Below, in pieces: positions 63,651 through 64,000 of a stretch of 64,000 nucleotides of DNA. The notes beneath the pieces were generated by a model. It saw only the letters and a list, made by a program, of their open reading frames with translations, searched no databases and was not told the DNA's origin. The stretch spans positions 2,376,491 through 2,440,490 of the forward strand of contig OZ244816.1 of assembly GCA_965220255.1 (NCBI GenBank), written 5' to 3'. Each line of letters opens with the position of its first letter. The stretch's first letter is position 1. This DNA is from Dehalococcoidia bacterium (lineage in GTDB: Bacteria > Chloroflexota > Dehalococcoidia > Lucifugimonadales > VXLM01). Both the position numbers and the translations under genes were made by a program.

Positions 63651-63790
63651 GAGAGGTCATTTTCAGGGTAATGACGACAGGCAGACTGCCCGCCACACTA
63701 CGGTAGACGACATGGGTTGCGTGCGGAAGAGAGACAGTCTTAGCGCGATCGAGAACAGGAAGAGAGGGGAAAAAGTCGGCGGGGCCGTCT

Positions 63791-64000
63791 CAGTTACGAG
63801 ACGTCCAGATCGTATGGTAGTTGTCGCCGAGGATGGCGGCGGTCATCTCGGTCTTCTCACATTGCCTGAGCTCCCTGAGGACGGAGGCGCAGGTGTCCTG
63901 CGATTCGCGCTGGTTCGAGCCCGACCGGGAGAATCTCTCAACGAGCTTCGCCCAAATGCCGTTCTGCACGAGGGTATCGACGTAGCCGTGCCAGGGAATG
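63791..64000 (-). CDS. 3' end of a CDS running off the window, unknown function
   Basis: My own translation of the open minus-strand frame: ...IPWHGYVDTLVQNGIWAKLVERFSRSGSNQRESQDTCASVLRELRQCEKTEMTAAILGDNYHTIWTSRN then stop at 63791-63793. Host-like GC. Confidence 0.4.

Noticed and set aside
63912-63922. GGTTCGAGCCC, a tRNA T-loop-like string.
   Set aside because: The flanking bases do not form a T-stem (GCTGG versus CCGAC), no acceptor or anticodon arms can be drawn, and it lies inside an open coding frame.
1-64000. Searched for prophage, integrase, transposase or IS, CRISPR-cas, rRNA and tRNA genes.
   Set aside because: No ORF or sequence pattern supporting any of these was seen. The low-GC islets (26.0-26.25, 31.3-32.05 and 55.9-57.9 kb) lack recognisable mobility genes.

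Overview
High-GC bacterial chromosomal window: about 37 G+C per 60 nt on the housekeeping lines I counted. Gene content and the dense short intergenic repeats suggest a Chloroflexota-like (SAR202/Thermomicrobia-type) marine or host-associated organism, at low confidence. Most of the window is ordinary core and metabolic genes. These include a 5'-truncated CopC-CopD-cytochrome c fusion, MDR dehydrogenases, a dimethylglycine/sarcosine-dehydrogenase-like flavoprotein and a penicillin-acylase-family Ntn hydrolase. dnaA has a perfect DnaA box and a candidate oriC upstream. There is also an aldolase/oxidoreductase cluster, hflKC, FAH, a fumarate-reductase-like flavoprotein, MFS and LLM genes. A T-box-controlled ilvB-ilvN-ilvC...leuA operon is present. 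The items most worth a second look are: (1) two tandem, modular, plant-type 24-residue LRR lipoproteins, with 33 and 25 repeat units; (2) a 28% GC island next to them with palindromes, a 47-codon hydrophobic ORF and its own terminator; (3) an operon of two very large tandem-FtsX permeases and two different ABC ATPases, one ending in an AbrB/SpoVT-like tail; (4) a low-GC type II restriction-modification pair (Dam-like N6A methylase plus a NotI-fold nuclease) inserted between ilvC and leuA inside the T-box operon; (5) a single-gene low-GC island encoding an HsdR_N-like PD-(D/E)xK protein; (6) a HigB/HigA-type TA pair with an operator palindrome; (7) several families of REP-like intergenic repeats. 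No rRNA, tRNA, CRISPR array, transposase or integrase was found. All functional calls come from motif recognition by eye; no database search was run.
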